A stretch of 64,000 bases of DNA, taken from contig CAVSHT010000014.1 of NCBI GenBank assembly GCA_963727895.1, positions 43,434-107,433 on the forward strand, in the 5' to 3' direction. Numbering within the stretch: position 1 is the first letter of the stretch; the number at the start of each line of letters is the position of its first letter. The translations under genes and the position numbers were made by a program. Shown here in pieces: positions 33,323-44,721 of this stretch. The notes under the pieces were generated by a model. The model had not been told where the DNA came from. It searched no databases and saw nothing but the letters and a program-made list of their open reading frames with translations. This stretch comes from an uncultured Methanosarcinaceae archaeon. GTDB taxonomy: Archaea > Halobacteriota > Methanosarcinia > Methanosarcinales > Methanosarcinaceae.

Positions 33323-35348
33323 TTATTTGTTCTTCCTGACAATGTAGACAACTAACAGCAGTCCAAAGATTGCTGGAATACCCTCAAAGCCAGGAGTATT
33401 CTTTTTTGTTGTGGTATTGTTTGCAGCTGATGTAGCTGAAGTTGTTGTAACTGGGGTCTCCGTGTTTGTAGGAGTACTTGCGTTTACACCTGGAGTTGGA
33501 GTAACACGTTGTGTTATTGATACTTGTTGTGTTATTGATACTTGTTGTGTTATTGATACTTGTTGTGTTATCCGACGTGGTTGCAACTGTTCCATTGTTG
33601 AGGGTTTGCTGAACGTATGGGTAGTATCTGAGTGCATCTGAGTCGGCGACCTTGAAGTACATTCCCTGTCCAATTTCCTGATCAGAATCTCTAGTCAGAC
33701 TGAATGTATCTTTGTTGTTGATGGTAATGGTAGGTCCATTAATGGCTACATTATCGAGTTTGCCGAATTCATTGCTAGTATCGATCTTAATAGCGTTTGC
33801 GTAATCAATAAGCCAGATACCATCAATCTGTGCAATGCTGTCGACTGCGCCCTGGAATACCTGGTCGACATGGACTTTCAGGACAGGAACATTGTCTTCG
33901 CCCTGTACATTGTCAATTTTAGAGGTCCAGACTCCATCTCCAGAGTCAGTTGAGACAATTTGGTCATCCACATACTGTCCGTCCTTATCGAATTCAAGCC
34001 AGACTTTCTTACCGTCAACATCTACCTGTTTTGCCTCGAGAGTGTAGCCCTGACCAAGGTCAAGTTTATCTCCGGTCTTCAGGGTGTACTTGTCGTCGCT
34101 GTCAAGAATGAGTTTGGCAAGCTTGCTAGCATCGTTGGATTTCAGAGGAACATACTTCTGCGCAAAGAAGCCGAGAACTGGGTAAGTTCCATTGAAAACA
34201 TCACTGGCCTTATAATCAACACTTTTTATAGTGGTGCTGTAGTTGAGGCCATATTTCGGAATAGTTCTTCCGCTAACACCAGAAACGCTCAAAGTTTCGG
34301 TTCCAACATTCTTATTCAGATCGTAGAAGAAACCAGCAAAGTTGTTTGAAGTCCAATTGTAAGACTGTTCGCCGGAAACAACGGTTCCTCTTATATCATA
34401 GGTTCCAGAAGTTGTTTGCTGCTTAAAGGCATAGAATCTGAGCACATCGGAGTCAGCAACTCTGAAATATAATCCCTGTCCAATTTCTTGATCAGAGTCT
34501 CTAGTCAGACTGAATGTATCTTTGTTGTTGATGGTAATTGTGGGACCATTGATGGCTACATTGTTTAGTTTACCGAATTCATTGCTAGTATCGATCTTCA
34601 TAGCGTTTGCGTAGTCAATGAGCCAGAGACCATCAATCTGTGCAATGCTGTCGACTGCACCTTGGAAGACCTGGTTAACATGAACTTTCAGGACAGGAAC
34701 TTTGTCTTCTCCCTGCACGTTGTCAACTTTACAGGTCCAGGTGCTATCTCCAGAGTCAGTTGAAACGATCTGGTCATCCACATACTGTCCGTCCTTGTCG
34801 AATTCAAGCCAGACTTTCTTACCGTCAACATCTACCTGTTTTGCCTCGAGAGTGTAGCCCTGACCAAGGTCAAGTTTATCTCCGGTCTTCAGGGTGTACT
34901 TGTCGTCGCTGTCAAGAACGAGCTTTGCAAGCTTGCTAGCATCGTTAGATTTGAGTGGGATATACTTGTCTGCGAAGAAACCGAGCACACTGTAGTTGCC
35001 CCAATCTCCGTACTTGTAATCGGTTTGACCAATCGTTGTCGTATATACTAAACCGTTCTCTCCTATAGTCCTGCCAGAATTACCAGCAACTTTCTTAATA
35101 GAAAGAGACTCGGTTGTCACATTGCTGTTAAGGTCGTAATAGAATGCTGCAAATTTATTAGCATCCATTGTAACATTACCGCCACTCTGGTTAAGAATGT
35201 CAACAATATTAGAGCCATTATACACTGGACCACGGATCTCAACTGTACTCACTGCTGAGGTTGTATTATTATCACCAGCCATTGCAGCGGATGAAAATAC
35301 AGTTAGAAGCATGAGAGTAGCCAGTGTAACTGCTACAAATCTCTTCAT
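33323..35348 (-). CDS. Methanosarcina-type S-layer protein (two DUF1608 repeats, PGF-CTERM), frameshift near 33505
   Basis: VEIRGPVY, FAAFYYDL/FAGFFYDL duplicated domain; TPGFE-TM-RKNK anchor in another frame (ORF 33323-33673). Confidence 0.9.
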
Positions 35349-35639
35349 TTTATTGTTTCCTCCATATTTGTTAAGAGTTATTATATGTAAAAAGAATTAT
35401 CGGGATCAATAATGAAGGGCTTTCACCATTCGTCATCAATCAAATCTTGTATTCCGTCAATTGTCGAAGAATATCTCGTGTCTCGTCATCCCGAAAATTA
35501 GTTTACGCTGTCTTATAAAATAGTGCCTTTTAAATCTTTTGTGGTCCTTGATTTATGTAATTCAAGTGCACGAAATATGTTTTCGATATGTTTTGCCAGT
35601 ATTATCGGATTGAACATGTTAACTATTTAAAATATTGAC

Positions 35640-35705
35640 TATTCGAATATTGTATTATTGTTCGACAATTGTACTAATCTTCGACTAATGTACCAGAATC
35701 TATAT
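35640..35705 (+). promoter_or_regulatory. Three TTCGA-N4-TGTA direct repeats (candidate TF sites)
   Basis: ~19-20-bp period, ending tgtaccagaatctat as at 37858-37900. Confidence 0.5.
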
Positions 35706-36427
35706 CATGACAGGTGAGAACTGAAAATCGAAGGTTATTGTGTTAATAAATCGGGATCAACACTACATCTAGACCTTCCTCATGTAAGACTATGGCGGAT
35801 TTCTTCCATGTGAGACTGTGGCGGGTTTTTCCAAGTTTCTTCCATGTTTCCCGCCACAATAAATAATTTAAACTTTTGTTCAGTAAGCATAAAAGTTTTT
35901 ATCCATTTTATTCGGTTTATTTTTAAGAACGTATAATTCAGCTGATCTCTTAATGGGATTTTAGCTCGCAATTCAACATTCTCTTGCAAGCGTATTTTGA
36001 ATTTAGTTTATCTCGACTATGTCAGATATGAATGTGATAATAACTTTATATTTTGACAGATCATATTTATTTACAATTATGTCATTAGACCACATTTTTC
36101 CTTTATATAAATTCTAATATTGAAAAAGGATTAATATGCTTCTAAATAGAAAATTTAGAATATCTAGTTATTTATATTCAAAAAAACTTATTCTCCAGCT
36201 GTATTTTTATTTGGGAAACACTGGCACAATATCTAATCTAAAAAATAAGACTCATTATTCCTTAAAAAGTGGACCCATTTTTAAGGACCCTAAATATGTT
36301 TCAATAGAGTAAAAAACCAGTGAAACAGGACTTAGAGAATGAGACTAACACAAAACGCTGATCTTCCAGCAATACCTAATTGATGTTTTTCCTTAGGTTA
36401 CCTACAACATGGCTTGTGATTCAGTTT

Positions 36428-36616
36428 CATGCGTCTTCGGTTAAGTGAGGAATCATGATAAATTGCCTCCATTTACACAACAGTTGTTATAAATTTTAAC
36501 ATATTGTGGACTGGAACAATGTATCGGTTTCATGTAAAAGGTTCAAAGTTTAATCGGAATTAAGGAGCAAAATCAATAGCTTTCAGGCAAGAAAATCCCT
36601 TAACCGATGACCAATG
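36428..36616. mobile_element. IS4-related MITE, copy 2
   Basis: Homologous to 8602-8791. Confidence 0.75.
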
Positions 36617-36739
36617 GATTCAGTTTAAATGTCATACTGAAGGTTTCTTTAATAAGTGCTAAGTTTACTGAAAAAGAATAGATAGAAGCTGTATTACGAT
36701 CATGTTGAAATAATATCAACCAAACTATAGATGACTAAA

Positions 36740-37264
36740 CTACTTAGAGTTCTTGAATTCCCACATTTCAATAAAACCATCAACGAGAGTATCAAGAAAG
36801 CTTTCTTTGTAGCATATAAGCAGTTCGACAACTATGGTAGGATCAATGATTGTAAAGTTACTTATCCTTCCGGTTTTTTTTCTTTCAATTACTCCGGCTT
36901 CAACAAGTTTGTTCAAATTCCAGGAAATGGTCGAAGGTGAGAGGCTAATAGCTGAAGAAAGATCTTTATTATTAAGATCAGGATTATTAAGTAGTTGAAT
37001 AAGAATGTGCCTGCAGCTGAATCTTCTTAACAAAGACAGTATTTTTCTCTCTTTTTCGTTTAAGTTCTTATCTATTGCAAAATAGCGGACGTAATCATCA
37101 TCATTTGAAGCTACTATCAGTTTTTTCTTTTCCAGATACTGAAGGTGATACTGCAAGTTTCCCACTACCACGTTCAACCTTCGCTCGAGTTCTCTGAAGT
37201 GGATTCCAGGAGATTTTGTTATTTGTTCGTAAATTCTCCTTCTTGTATCGAGTTCAATTTCCAT
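36740..37264 (-). CDS. Double winged-HTH (ArsR-like) transcriptional regulator
   Basis: PGIHFRELER..LQYHL and LSPSTISWNL HTH motifs. Confidence 0.88.
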   Translation of the reverse strand: MEIELDTRRRIYEQITKSPGIHFRELERRLNVVVGNLQYHLQYLEKKKLIVASNDDDYVRYFAIDKNLNEKERKILSLLRRFSCRHILIQLLNNPDLNNKDLSSAISLSPSTISWNLNKLVEAGVIERKKTGRISNFTIIDPTIVVELLICYKESFLDTLVDGFIEMWEFKNSK

Positions 37265-37271
37265 TTCAACC

Positions 37272-37541
37272 TTAATCTTTTATAAATATAGAAAGACAAA
37301 ACAGTGCTAGGATAATAAAATTCAGGGAGGTCCCAAATATTTCAAAATATTCACTTATTTTCGGAGAAAATATATTACCTACATCTAAAAACTCCATTAG
37401 TGAATAGAAAAAAAATGCTGCAGATAACAGAAACAGTTTTTTTCTCCTATCTCGCATATATGCAAGAAAAGAAATGATAAAAAGAAAGAACGCTAAAAAA
37501 CTTGATGCTAATTGAAGCATTGAATCTAGATCAAGGGTCAT
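37272..37541 (-). CDS. Small 3-TM membrane protein co-transcribed with the regulator
   Basis: Three hydrophobic segments; 7 bp from the regulator start. Confidence 0.75.
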   Translation of the reverse strand: MTLDLDSMLQLASSFLAFFLFIISFLAYMRDRRKKLFLLSAAFFFYSLMEFLDVGNIFSPKISEYFEIFGTSLNFIILALFCLSIFIKD

Positions 37542-37857
37542 GGTTTTAACTTATCTCCGGCACTTCTTATCAGATTAAGAGTAATTTTTGAACTGCATTT
37601 AAGTGTTTCAAATAAATATATTGTACTAATTGTTTTCCCTCTGTTTTAAGGAAGTAATCGATATTTATTCATCATATAATCACAAATATAAATTTTTGAA
37701 TATTGAGGCGATTATTATTTTTTGTATTTAGCTAAAATAGTTTATCATACTTTAATGAGATAACTTGAAATATGTATCATGCTACTGATAACGCTTATAC
37801 AAAATAAAAACTTCAGGTAAAGTTCTTTATTAATAGTCGGTTTATTTTTCTGATAAT

Positions 37858-37900
37858 TTGAATACTGTACCAATATTCGAATACTGTACCAGAATCTATC
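37858..37900 (+). promoter_or_regulatory. Direct repeat GAATACTGTACCA x2 upstream of DUF347 gene
   Basis: ttgaatactgtaccaatattcgaatactgtaccagaatctat. Confidence 0.55.
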
Positions 37901-38050
37901 TATTTGTAAGTATTTATTAAAAGTATATGAATCAATGAATATTTTTTCAAATAATTAAAAAAAGATGATTCAAAAATGATATCTAACAACGATGAGAAAA
38001 ATTCATCTAATTCTTATGAAGTCGCTTCCTCTTTATCATGAAGTCGACAG

Positions 38051-38797
38051 ATGTTGAGTAAGGTTCCAGAAGTTACAATTTTCTTCTGGATCATTAAAAT
38101 CATGGCAACAACCGTGGGTGAAACAGCTGCAGACTTCCTTACTTTTAATCTAAATTTTGGCTTGACCCTCACAACCATTATAATAAGCAGTCTCTTGATT
38201 ATCGCACTATTCTTTCAGTTTAGATCAAGAAAATACGTGCCAGGGATCTACTGGCTATCTGTTGTAATGATCAGCATTGTTGGTACATTGATTACTGACA
38301 ATCTTGTAGACAACTATGGAGTAGCCCTAGAGACAACCACCATTATTTTCGCCTTTGCAATGGTGGCTACATTTGCAGCTTGGTATGCAAGTGAAAAAAC
38401 ACTGTCAATTCACTCCATCTACACTACCAAGAGAGAGGCATTTTACTGGTTAGCTATCTTGTTTACATTTGCCCTAGGTACCGCTGCTGGTGACCTCACA
38501 TCAGAAGGTCTCGATGTAGGTTATTGGAAGGCAGCAATCATGTTTGCTACACTTATTGGAATAGTAACCGTATCTTACTATCGCTCCAAATTGAATCCAG
38601 TGGTAGCTTTTTGGATAGCTTATATCTTGACACGTCCTCTCGGTGCTTCTATTGGTGATTATCTGTCGCAGCCTCTTAATGCTGGTGGTCTTGCTCTTAA
38701 TACAATGGGAATAAGTGCAATTTTTCTCGTAACTATTTTGAGCTTAGTTATTTATCTTACCAAGACTGAAAAAGATAAAAGCCATATTGTGGAGTAA
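38051..38797 (+). CDS. COG4705/DUF347 repeat membrane protein
   Basis: KVPEVT.FWIIKI.ATTVGET, EAFYWLAILFTFALGTAAGD, FWIAYILTRPLGASIGD. Confidence 0.88.
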   Translation: MLSKVPEVTIFFWIIKIMATTVGETAADFLTFNLNFGLTLTTIIISSLLIIALFFQFRSRKYVPGIYWLSVVMISIVGTLITDNLVDNYGVALETTTIIFAFAMVATFAAWYASEKTLSIHSIYTTKREAFYWLAILFTFALGTAAGDLTSEGLDVGYWKAAIMFATLIGIVTVSYYRSKLNPVVAFWIAYILTRPLGASIGDYLSQPLNAGGLALNTMGISAIFLVTILSLVIYLTKTEKDKSHIVE

Positions 38798-39097
38798 AGA
38801 TTAATCCAACAACATGATCTGCAATTATATATTGAGCACAGTTTTAAATTAAACCGGAAATATGGCTATAAATAACTTTGGAAAGTCCTAATTTTTGACT
38901 AGTTCATAGATTCCAAATTATGGATCTAAAATTGAGTTTAAAAATCAAAGCTGTTCAATGAATTTTTCATAAAAACAGATGGACGCGAATAAGGAGTTGG
39001 AATAGCATATTCATCTATGCTGTTTGAACAGGAAAATACCAAATTGAATAATTTTTGTCAGCTATAACTATAACAAATATGTTGTAGAAGTGTTCAT

Positions 39098-39745
39098 ATG
39101 GAAAATTTAACCTATTTTGTAGACCTATTTATGCATCTTGACACACATTTAAGTGCAATAACACATCAATATGGTCTATTAGCATATTTACTATTGTTTG
39201 CTATTATCTTTTGTGAGACAGGTCTGGTAATTACTCCTTTTTTACCAGGTGATTCTCTTGTCTTTGAAACTGGAGCTCTGGCTGCCAGTGATTCATTCAA
39301 TTTATTTACTATTTTAGTTGTTTTATGTCTTGCAGCCGTTGCAGGAGATACTGTCAATTATCAAATAGGTCATTTATTAAGAAATAGAGTAGCAAGCCGT
39401 GAAAATATATGGTTTATTAAACAGGAATATCTTGATCGTACACATGAATTCTTTGAAAAGTATGGGGCAAAAACAATAATTATAGCTCGCTTTGCCCCTG
39501 TTATCCGTACTTTTGCACCATTTGTAGCAGGAATTGGAATAATGCCCTATTCAACATTCATCAGCTACAATGTCATTGGAGGAATTGCATGGGTAATGTT
39601 ATTCCTTTTTGGAGGATACTTTTTTGGAAACTTGCCAATTGTAAAGGATAACTTCAGCTTTGTGATACTTGGGATAATTTTGGTTTCACTACTTCCAGGT
39701 ATTATTGCATATATTCACAGTAAACGAGATTCAAAAAGTATATAA
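39098..39745 (+). CDS. dedA: DedA family membrane protein
   Basis: FCETGL..PFLPGDSL, ARFAPVIRTFAPFVAG. Confidence 0.93.
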   Translation: MENLTYFVDLFMHLDTHLSAITHQYGLLAYLLLFAIIFCETGLVITPFLPGDSLVFETGALAASDSFNLFTILVVLCLAAVAGDTVNYQIGHLLRNRVASRENIWFIKQEYLDRTHEFFEKYGAKTIIIARFAPVIRTFAPFVAGIGIMPYSTFISYNVIGGIAWVMLFLFGGYFFGNLPIVKDNFSFVILGIILVSLLPGIIAYIHSKRDSKSI

Positions 39746-39751
39746 TAACCC

Positions 39752-41157
39752 CATTGGTCATCGGTTAAGGTTTAGACTGTAATTCTTGCCACTGGTTTTA
39801 TAGTAATCAAATATATTAAATTTGTCCAATGGTACTCCAGTCCTCCCTTACTCTTGAAAGTATGATCTGTAATATTTTTCCTAAAACATGGTTAAATAAA
39901 CTTGCCAAAAAAACAGATTTTATAAAACGTGAACGTAAAATTAAATCTGATGTAATTTTTTGGGTATTAACTCTTGGCTTTTATATCCGTAATCAGAGTA
40001 CAATAGCAGGTTTAAAGCGTCTATATGAAATAGAAGCAAATACCTCGATAAGCGATAGCAGCTGGTACTATCGTTTCACTCCAGAACTTGTTGAGTTTCT
40101 TCATCAATGTGTAATTCATGGTATAGAAGAACTTGCAAAAGAACCTGGTATAAAACTCAGCAAGAAACTCGAAAACTTCCAGGATGTTGTCATTCAGGAC
40201 AGCACAATTGTTCGTCTTCATTCCTTTTTAGCAGATAAGTTTCCAGCAGCAAGAGCTAAAACAGTAGCTTCAGGCGTAAAAGTAGGAGTTGTGGTAAGTG
40301 CAGTTGCTAACGGACCTAAAACCCTTGCTTTATATTCTGAAAAAACAGCTGAAATAAAAACATTAAAAATAGGTCCCTGGATCAAAGACCGTATTCTTCT
40401 TGTTGATCTTGGTTTTTACAAAACTCAGATGTTTGCAAGGGTTGAAGAAAATGGGGGATATTTTGTGTCCAGAATAAGGAAGAATATGGATCCATTTATT
40501 GTTTCTATAGAAAATGGAATTCTGGAAAAAAAGAGTGAAGAGTTCATAGGAAAACGTGTCAGTGAATTTACCAAGCAATACTCAGGTGAGGACCTTGATG
40601 CAGTTGTAAAAATAGCATTCAAGAGAAGAGCATATAAAGGCAAGCAAAGAAAAGATGAGATGCTTGTACGTCTTGTTGCGACATATAACTTTGAGGAAGA
40701 AAAGTACCATATATACATAACAAACATCCATAACGATGTTTTGGATGCAAATGACATTGTAAAATTATATGGGGCAAGGTGGAAAATTGAATTGCTTTTC
40801 AAGGAGTTGAAAAGTGGATATGCACTTAATGAACTCAATACAAAAAATGTGCAGATAATTAAAGCCTTTATATGGATGTCAATATTAACATTAATCGTTA
40901 GCAAAAGAATTTATTCTTTTGTAAGAAATTCACTAATCGATCCTGAAAAGAAGTTGCGATATACACAGTTGCGATGGAGCAAAATATTTGCAAGTAACGC
41001 ATTGGATTTATTAAAACTACTGCTAAAATGTTGTGACGGAAACAGAATTTTCGAAACTTTGATGCATGTTTATATAAGTCAAGGTTTAGACCCACACGTC
41101 AATAGAAAAAGGTTTAGAACTCCATGGTTTGAATAATGGATTGGGCATAAATAGGAG
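39752..41157 (+). mobile_element. IS4-family element lacking its right IR
   Basis: Left IR cattggtcatcggttaagg; diverges from copy 2 after ...ataggaga. Confidence 0.85.
39829..41136 (+). CDS. IS4-family transposase (435 aa)
   Basis: QDST, DLGF, YGARWKIELLFKELK (YREK) motifs. Confidence 0.92.
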   Translation: MVLQSSLTLESMICNIFPKTWLNKLAKKTDFIKRERKIKSDVIFWVLTLGFYIRNQSTIAGLKRLYEIEANTSISDSSWYYRFTPELVEFLHQCVIHGIEELAKEPGIKLSKKLENFQDVVIQDSTIVRLHSFLADKFPAARAKTVASGVKVGVVVSAVANGPKTLALYSEKTAEIKTLKIGPWIKDRILLVDLGFYKTQMFARVEENGGYFVSRIRKNMDPFIVSIENGILEKKSEEFIGKRVSEFTKQYSGEDLDAVVKIAFKRRAYKGKQRKDEMLVRLVATYNFEEEKYHIYITNIHNDVLDANDIVKLYGARWKIELLFKELKSGYALNELNTKNVQIIKAFIWMSILTLIVSKRIYSFVRNSLIDPEKKLRYTQLRWSKIFASNALDLLKLLLKCCDGNRIFETLMHVYISQGLDPHVNRKRFRTPWFE

Positions 41158-41481
41158 ATTGGGGAAGGATTAATACTACATTTAACTGGGAAAATAAGGT
41201 TTAATATTTCTTAAAAAACTAATCATTTTTCAAGGGGTATAATCAATTTCTTAAATAACAGAAATTTTGCGAAAGGTATCTATATCCAAAAACTACAAAT
41301 GTAATAGAAAGACAGCAAAATTTTATTTGTAAATGTTATTTTTTAGACCCGTGAGATAAAAAAGAGTTAAAGGATAAAATTATTTGAGGGCAATTGCTTA
41401 TAAATATCAAAAAGTCTGCACTAAAACGGAAGTGAGCAAAGAATACTGGATAGTTTTTAATCAACTGAAAAGAGGTTCTGC

Positions 41482-42750
41482 ATGTGTTCTATTATGGGAG
41501 GAGCGCAAATGAAGAACCAAGGGATTTCAGAAAAAAATATAGTTTCAATAAGGTTTTTGTGCATATGTATTATAGTACTCATTATAATTGGTGGATTTTT
41601 GTCTTCGGGTTCTATTGACAATTTCGCGAATCATTTTTGTGGTTATCTTGGTTTAAAAATGGAACCTCAAGAACAAGAGACAGTCTTTACACCTGACCCT
41701 ACTTCATTTACCATTCCTTCAATTCCTGAATATTCATCTAAGAAAAAAGAACTTACTCCTGTTTTTAGAACCAGACTCCAGCCTGGCTTTTTCCTGAGAA
41801 GCGATTATCGGATGTCAGAGTTTTTCCAGGGCGGGATGGGATATATGAAAATCAGCATCAAAAACGAAGGACGAAATTCAATCTTTATTGAGAGATACGG
41901 GATTTCAGTTAATGCCTCCAAAAACCAAATTTATTCCAAGGACTGTGGAGTTTTGATCTATCCAGAAGAAGAGAAAAGTCTCGGAATAATTGCAGTTAAA
42001 GTGCCTGAGGAAGAAACAGCCAGTCTTAATATTGTCCTTTGGCTACTTGCCGAGACTTCACAAGGTAAATGGCATGAATACGAGCCCTATTTTCTTAGAG
42101 GATTTACTGTAGATTTGAAGACCATGCCTAAAAAAGTCGACTTTGTTTACCAATATGATCCAGCTTTTTACTTTAAAAAACTAAATCAATTGGTGGAACC
42201 AGCTGACCCTAGTGTCAGAAATACTGCAAACAAGATAGCCCGTTCATACTCAGGAGCTTATAATATTTATCAAATCTGTGCAATCTTTGACAAGGTCAGA
42301 GATCAAATTGAATATGTCAATGATCCAAGAAGCCATGATTATTGGGCACCTGCTAATGAAACTTTAAAAATAAAAGGTGGAGATTGCGATGACAAGGCAA
42401 TTCTCCTTTCCTCCATGATTGAAGCTATGGGAGGTACAACCCGGATTTACCTGACTGATACCCATGCCTTCGCAGCCGTTTATATCGGCAATAGAACCAA
42501 GGTAACTGAAGCTGTAGTCAGGGGAATAAGAGCTTGCTATGGAAACGTCGACGTTAATTACCTGACCGACAAATATGGTTCCTGGCTGATGCTTGACCCT
42601 ACGGCAAGCCTTTATGCAGGTGGTCTCCCAGGTACAACGGCTCAAGTAAAAATTCAGACCACTGGAAAAAACGAAACACAAAGGACTTGGACCTTCTTTA
42701 AGACAAGTGAAGTAAAAGTAATTGATATTCAACGACTGATATCAACTTAA
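41482..42750 (+). CDS. Membrane-anchored transglutaminase-like protein
   Basis: YVNDP..ETL..GGDCDDKAIL..HAFA..LDPT. Confidence 0.82.
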   Translation: MCSIMGGAQMKNQGISEKNIVSIRFLCICIIVLIIIGGFLSSGSIDNFANHFCGYLGLKMEPQEQETVFTPDPTSFTIPSIPEYSSKKKELTPVFRTRLQPGFFLRSDYRMSEFFQGGMGYMKISIKNEGRNSIFIERYGISVNASKNQIYSKDCGVLIYPEEEKSLGIIAVKVPEEETASLNIVLWLLAETSQGKWHEYEPYFLRGFTVDLKTMPKKVDFVYQYDPAFYFKKLNQLVEPADPSVRNTANKIARSYSGAYNIYQICAIFDKVRDQIEYVNDPRSHDYWAPANETLKIKGGDCDDKAILLSSMIEAMGGTTRIYLTDTHAFAAVYIGNRTKVTEAVVRGIRACYGNVDVNYLTDKYGSWLMLDPTASLYAGGLPGTTAQVKIQTTGKNETQRTWTFFKTSEVKVIDIQRLIST

Positions 42751-42778
42751 AAGAGGATTAGAAGCCTCTATTATAAGT

Positions 42779-44029
42779 TAGGGTTCATGTCCACAGACCT
42801 CTTGCAGTAAATTTGATTTGAATCTTCTGACATATTTGTAAAAACAAATCAACATCTATAGTCAATAGGCTAAATACTGCAACTTTGTTGAGATACAAAA
42901 TGTTATTTTTTGCAGCAATTATAGGCGTTACTATATGTCTGAAATATATGTTTATAAATGGGAGGATATCCGAAAATATTTTCCACCTGAAAGAGTGGCA
43001 GAAATTCGAGCCAAAATCCTTGAACTGCGAAAATCTGGAAAATAGACCGATAGAGAACTGTGGAAAATGTATGGAATGAGCGAACATACTTTCTATTATC
43101 TTGTTGAAAAAGCAAAAGACGGAAGTAGAGCAGAAGACTTGAAGGACACGCCTTCGAAGCCTAAAAATCCATATCGAAAGCTAACGGATGAAGATAAAGC
43201 TGAAATAATAAATCTCTATTTGAATGATACAAACAGAATCGAATCATCTAAACATGCGTTTGTTGATGCAATGGAAAAAACAGACCATGTCTTAAAACCA
43301 GAGAGAGTACAGCAATTGACGGGATTAATGGATAAAGCTGTGAAGGGAATTCGAAGAATTGCAGCTTCATTCAATAGAAAAAAGGAGAACAAAGAAAGCT
43401 CAGTTTGTGTTGGCAAATCATGGGTTCATCATATTCTTACTATTGCTGGGCTTACTGGAAAACAGAAGACGGCTATAAGTTCCAAACATCTTCAACGCCC
43501 TCAAGAACCATTGAGCTCTTTCAATATGGACTATACTCAACGGAGAATTGGAAATGGTGAGACTGCGTATGTTTTTGGTGTACTTGATATTTTTAACAGT
43601 GGTATTGTAATCCTTGATACCCATAAGACAAAATCAGGTGCCAATGTGGTAGAATCTCTTCACCAATTACGCAAAATGGTACCAAAAGATGTTGTAATCG
43701 AGATTCGATCTGATGGAGGTTTGGAGTTTAATAATGCGACTGTGCGTGAATATTGTAATAGAAATAATATTATACATCATATTCTTCCAAAGGCACATCC
43801 GTGGTTGAACGCTTTCATTGAACGAGCAATAGAGACTTTGCAATATGAATTCATAAATTTACAATACCATGCAACGTTTAATGATTTTCAGAAATTTCTT
43901 GTGATTACTAAAAATGGATACAATTTACGTGAGCATTCATCATTCAACTATCGAAGTCCAGTGGAAATATGGAATTCTTCGGGAGTTTCATTGAGTGTTA
44001 CTGCAAGAGGTCTATGGACATGGACCCTA
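42779..44029 (+). mobile_element. IS with integrase-core (IS3/IS481-like) transposase and ~32-bp IRs
   Basis: tagggttcatgtccacagacctcttgcagtaa / ttactgcaagaggtctatggacatggacccta. Confidence 0.88.
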
Positions 44030-44041
44030 ACATTGGATTAA
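42935..44041 (+). CDS. DDE (rve-type) transposase with in-frame TAG at 43043-43045
   Basis: MSEIYVYKWEDIRKYFPPERVAEIRAKILELRKSGK*TDRELWKMYG...; MDYT, SDGGLEF, NAFIER, YNLREHSS. Confidence 0.8.
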
Positions 44042-44415
44042 CAATTCGCTTTATAGATCTATGATCTGGTTCCGTTGCAAAAAATCTGGCTTTTTACAAA
44101 TAGCTCAATTTTTCAATTAATATAAAATTCTGAGATATAATTCGTATTATATTATATCATTTAGATGATAATAACCTGATAATATAATTTTAAATCAGTT
44201 TTCATTAAATATGCGATGAAAATAGAATTTATTGACAATTTAAGGACTTACATTTTGAAGAATCCAAAATTAAACATTATGAACTTGGTATTTTATGTAG
44301 TGAAATTTTACATCAGAAATATCTCAGACTAACCGTATTGTCCTTAAATTGAGTCATCAAATTGAAAAACTGATTAAAATTGTATCATTGTAAACAATAA
44401 TGGGAGTGAAAACAG

Positions 44416-44721
44416 ATGGGAAAACAAACACTTGGTAGAATAAAAAAGACACTAGCTATTTTGTTGGTAGTCTTATTTGTGCTATCAGTAACAGCTGCGA
44501 CGATAAACGCGAAGACGGAAAAAAGTAATTCAGGAATCAAAAGTGCAACTAAGACTACAGTAGCAGGCAAAAATGCTACTGCAACTAAGACCACAGTAGC
44601 AGGCAAAAATGCTACTGCAACTAAGACCACAGTAGCAGGCAAAAATGCTACTGCAACTAAGACCACAGTAGCAGGCAAAAATGCTACTGCTACTAAGGTC
44701 ACTGTGACTAAGAAAGTCTAA
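44416..44721 (+). CDS. Small secreted tandem-repeat protein (TKTTVAGKNATA)4
   Basis: GGAGTGA RBS; signal peptide homologous to that of 10897-11187; 36-bp repeats. Confidence 0.8.
   Translation: MGKQTLGRIKKTLAILLVVLFVLSVTAATINAKTEKSNSGIKSATKTTVAGKNATATKTTVAGKNATATKTTVAGKNATATKTTVAGKNATATKVTVTKKV

Noticed and set aside
33600..35000. Long internal direct repeat as a DGR template/variable pair
   Set aside because: It is the normal tandem domain duplication of the S-layer protein; no reverse transcriptase present
42885..43079. Separate OrfA with programmed frameshift for the transposase
   Set aside because: An in-frame ATG at 42935 with one TAG explains the N-terminus more simply
44385..44702. 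Minus-strand (VAVAFLPATVVL)n membrane protein
   Set aside because: Antisense of the secreted repeat protein
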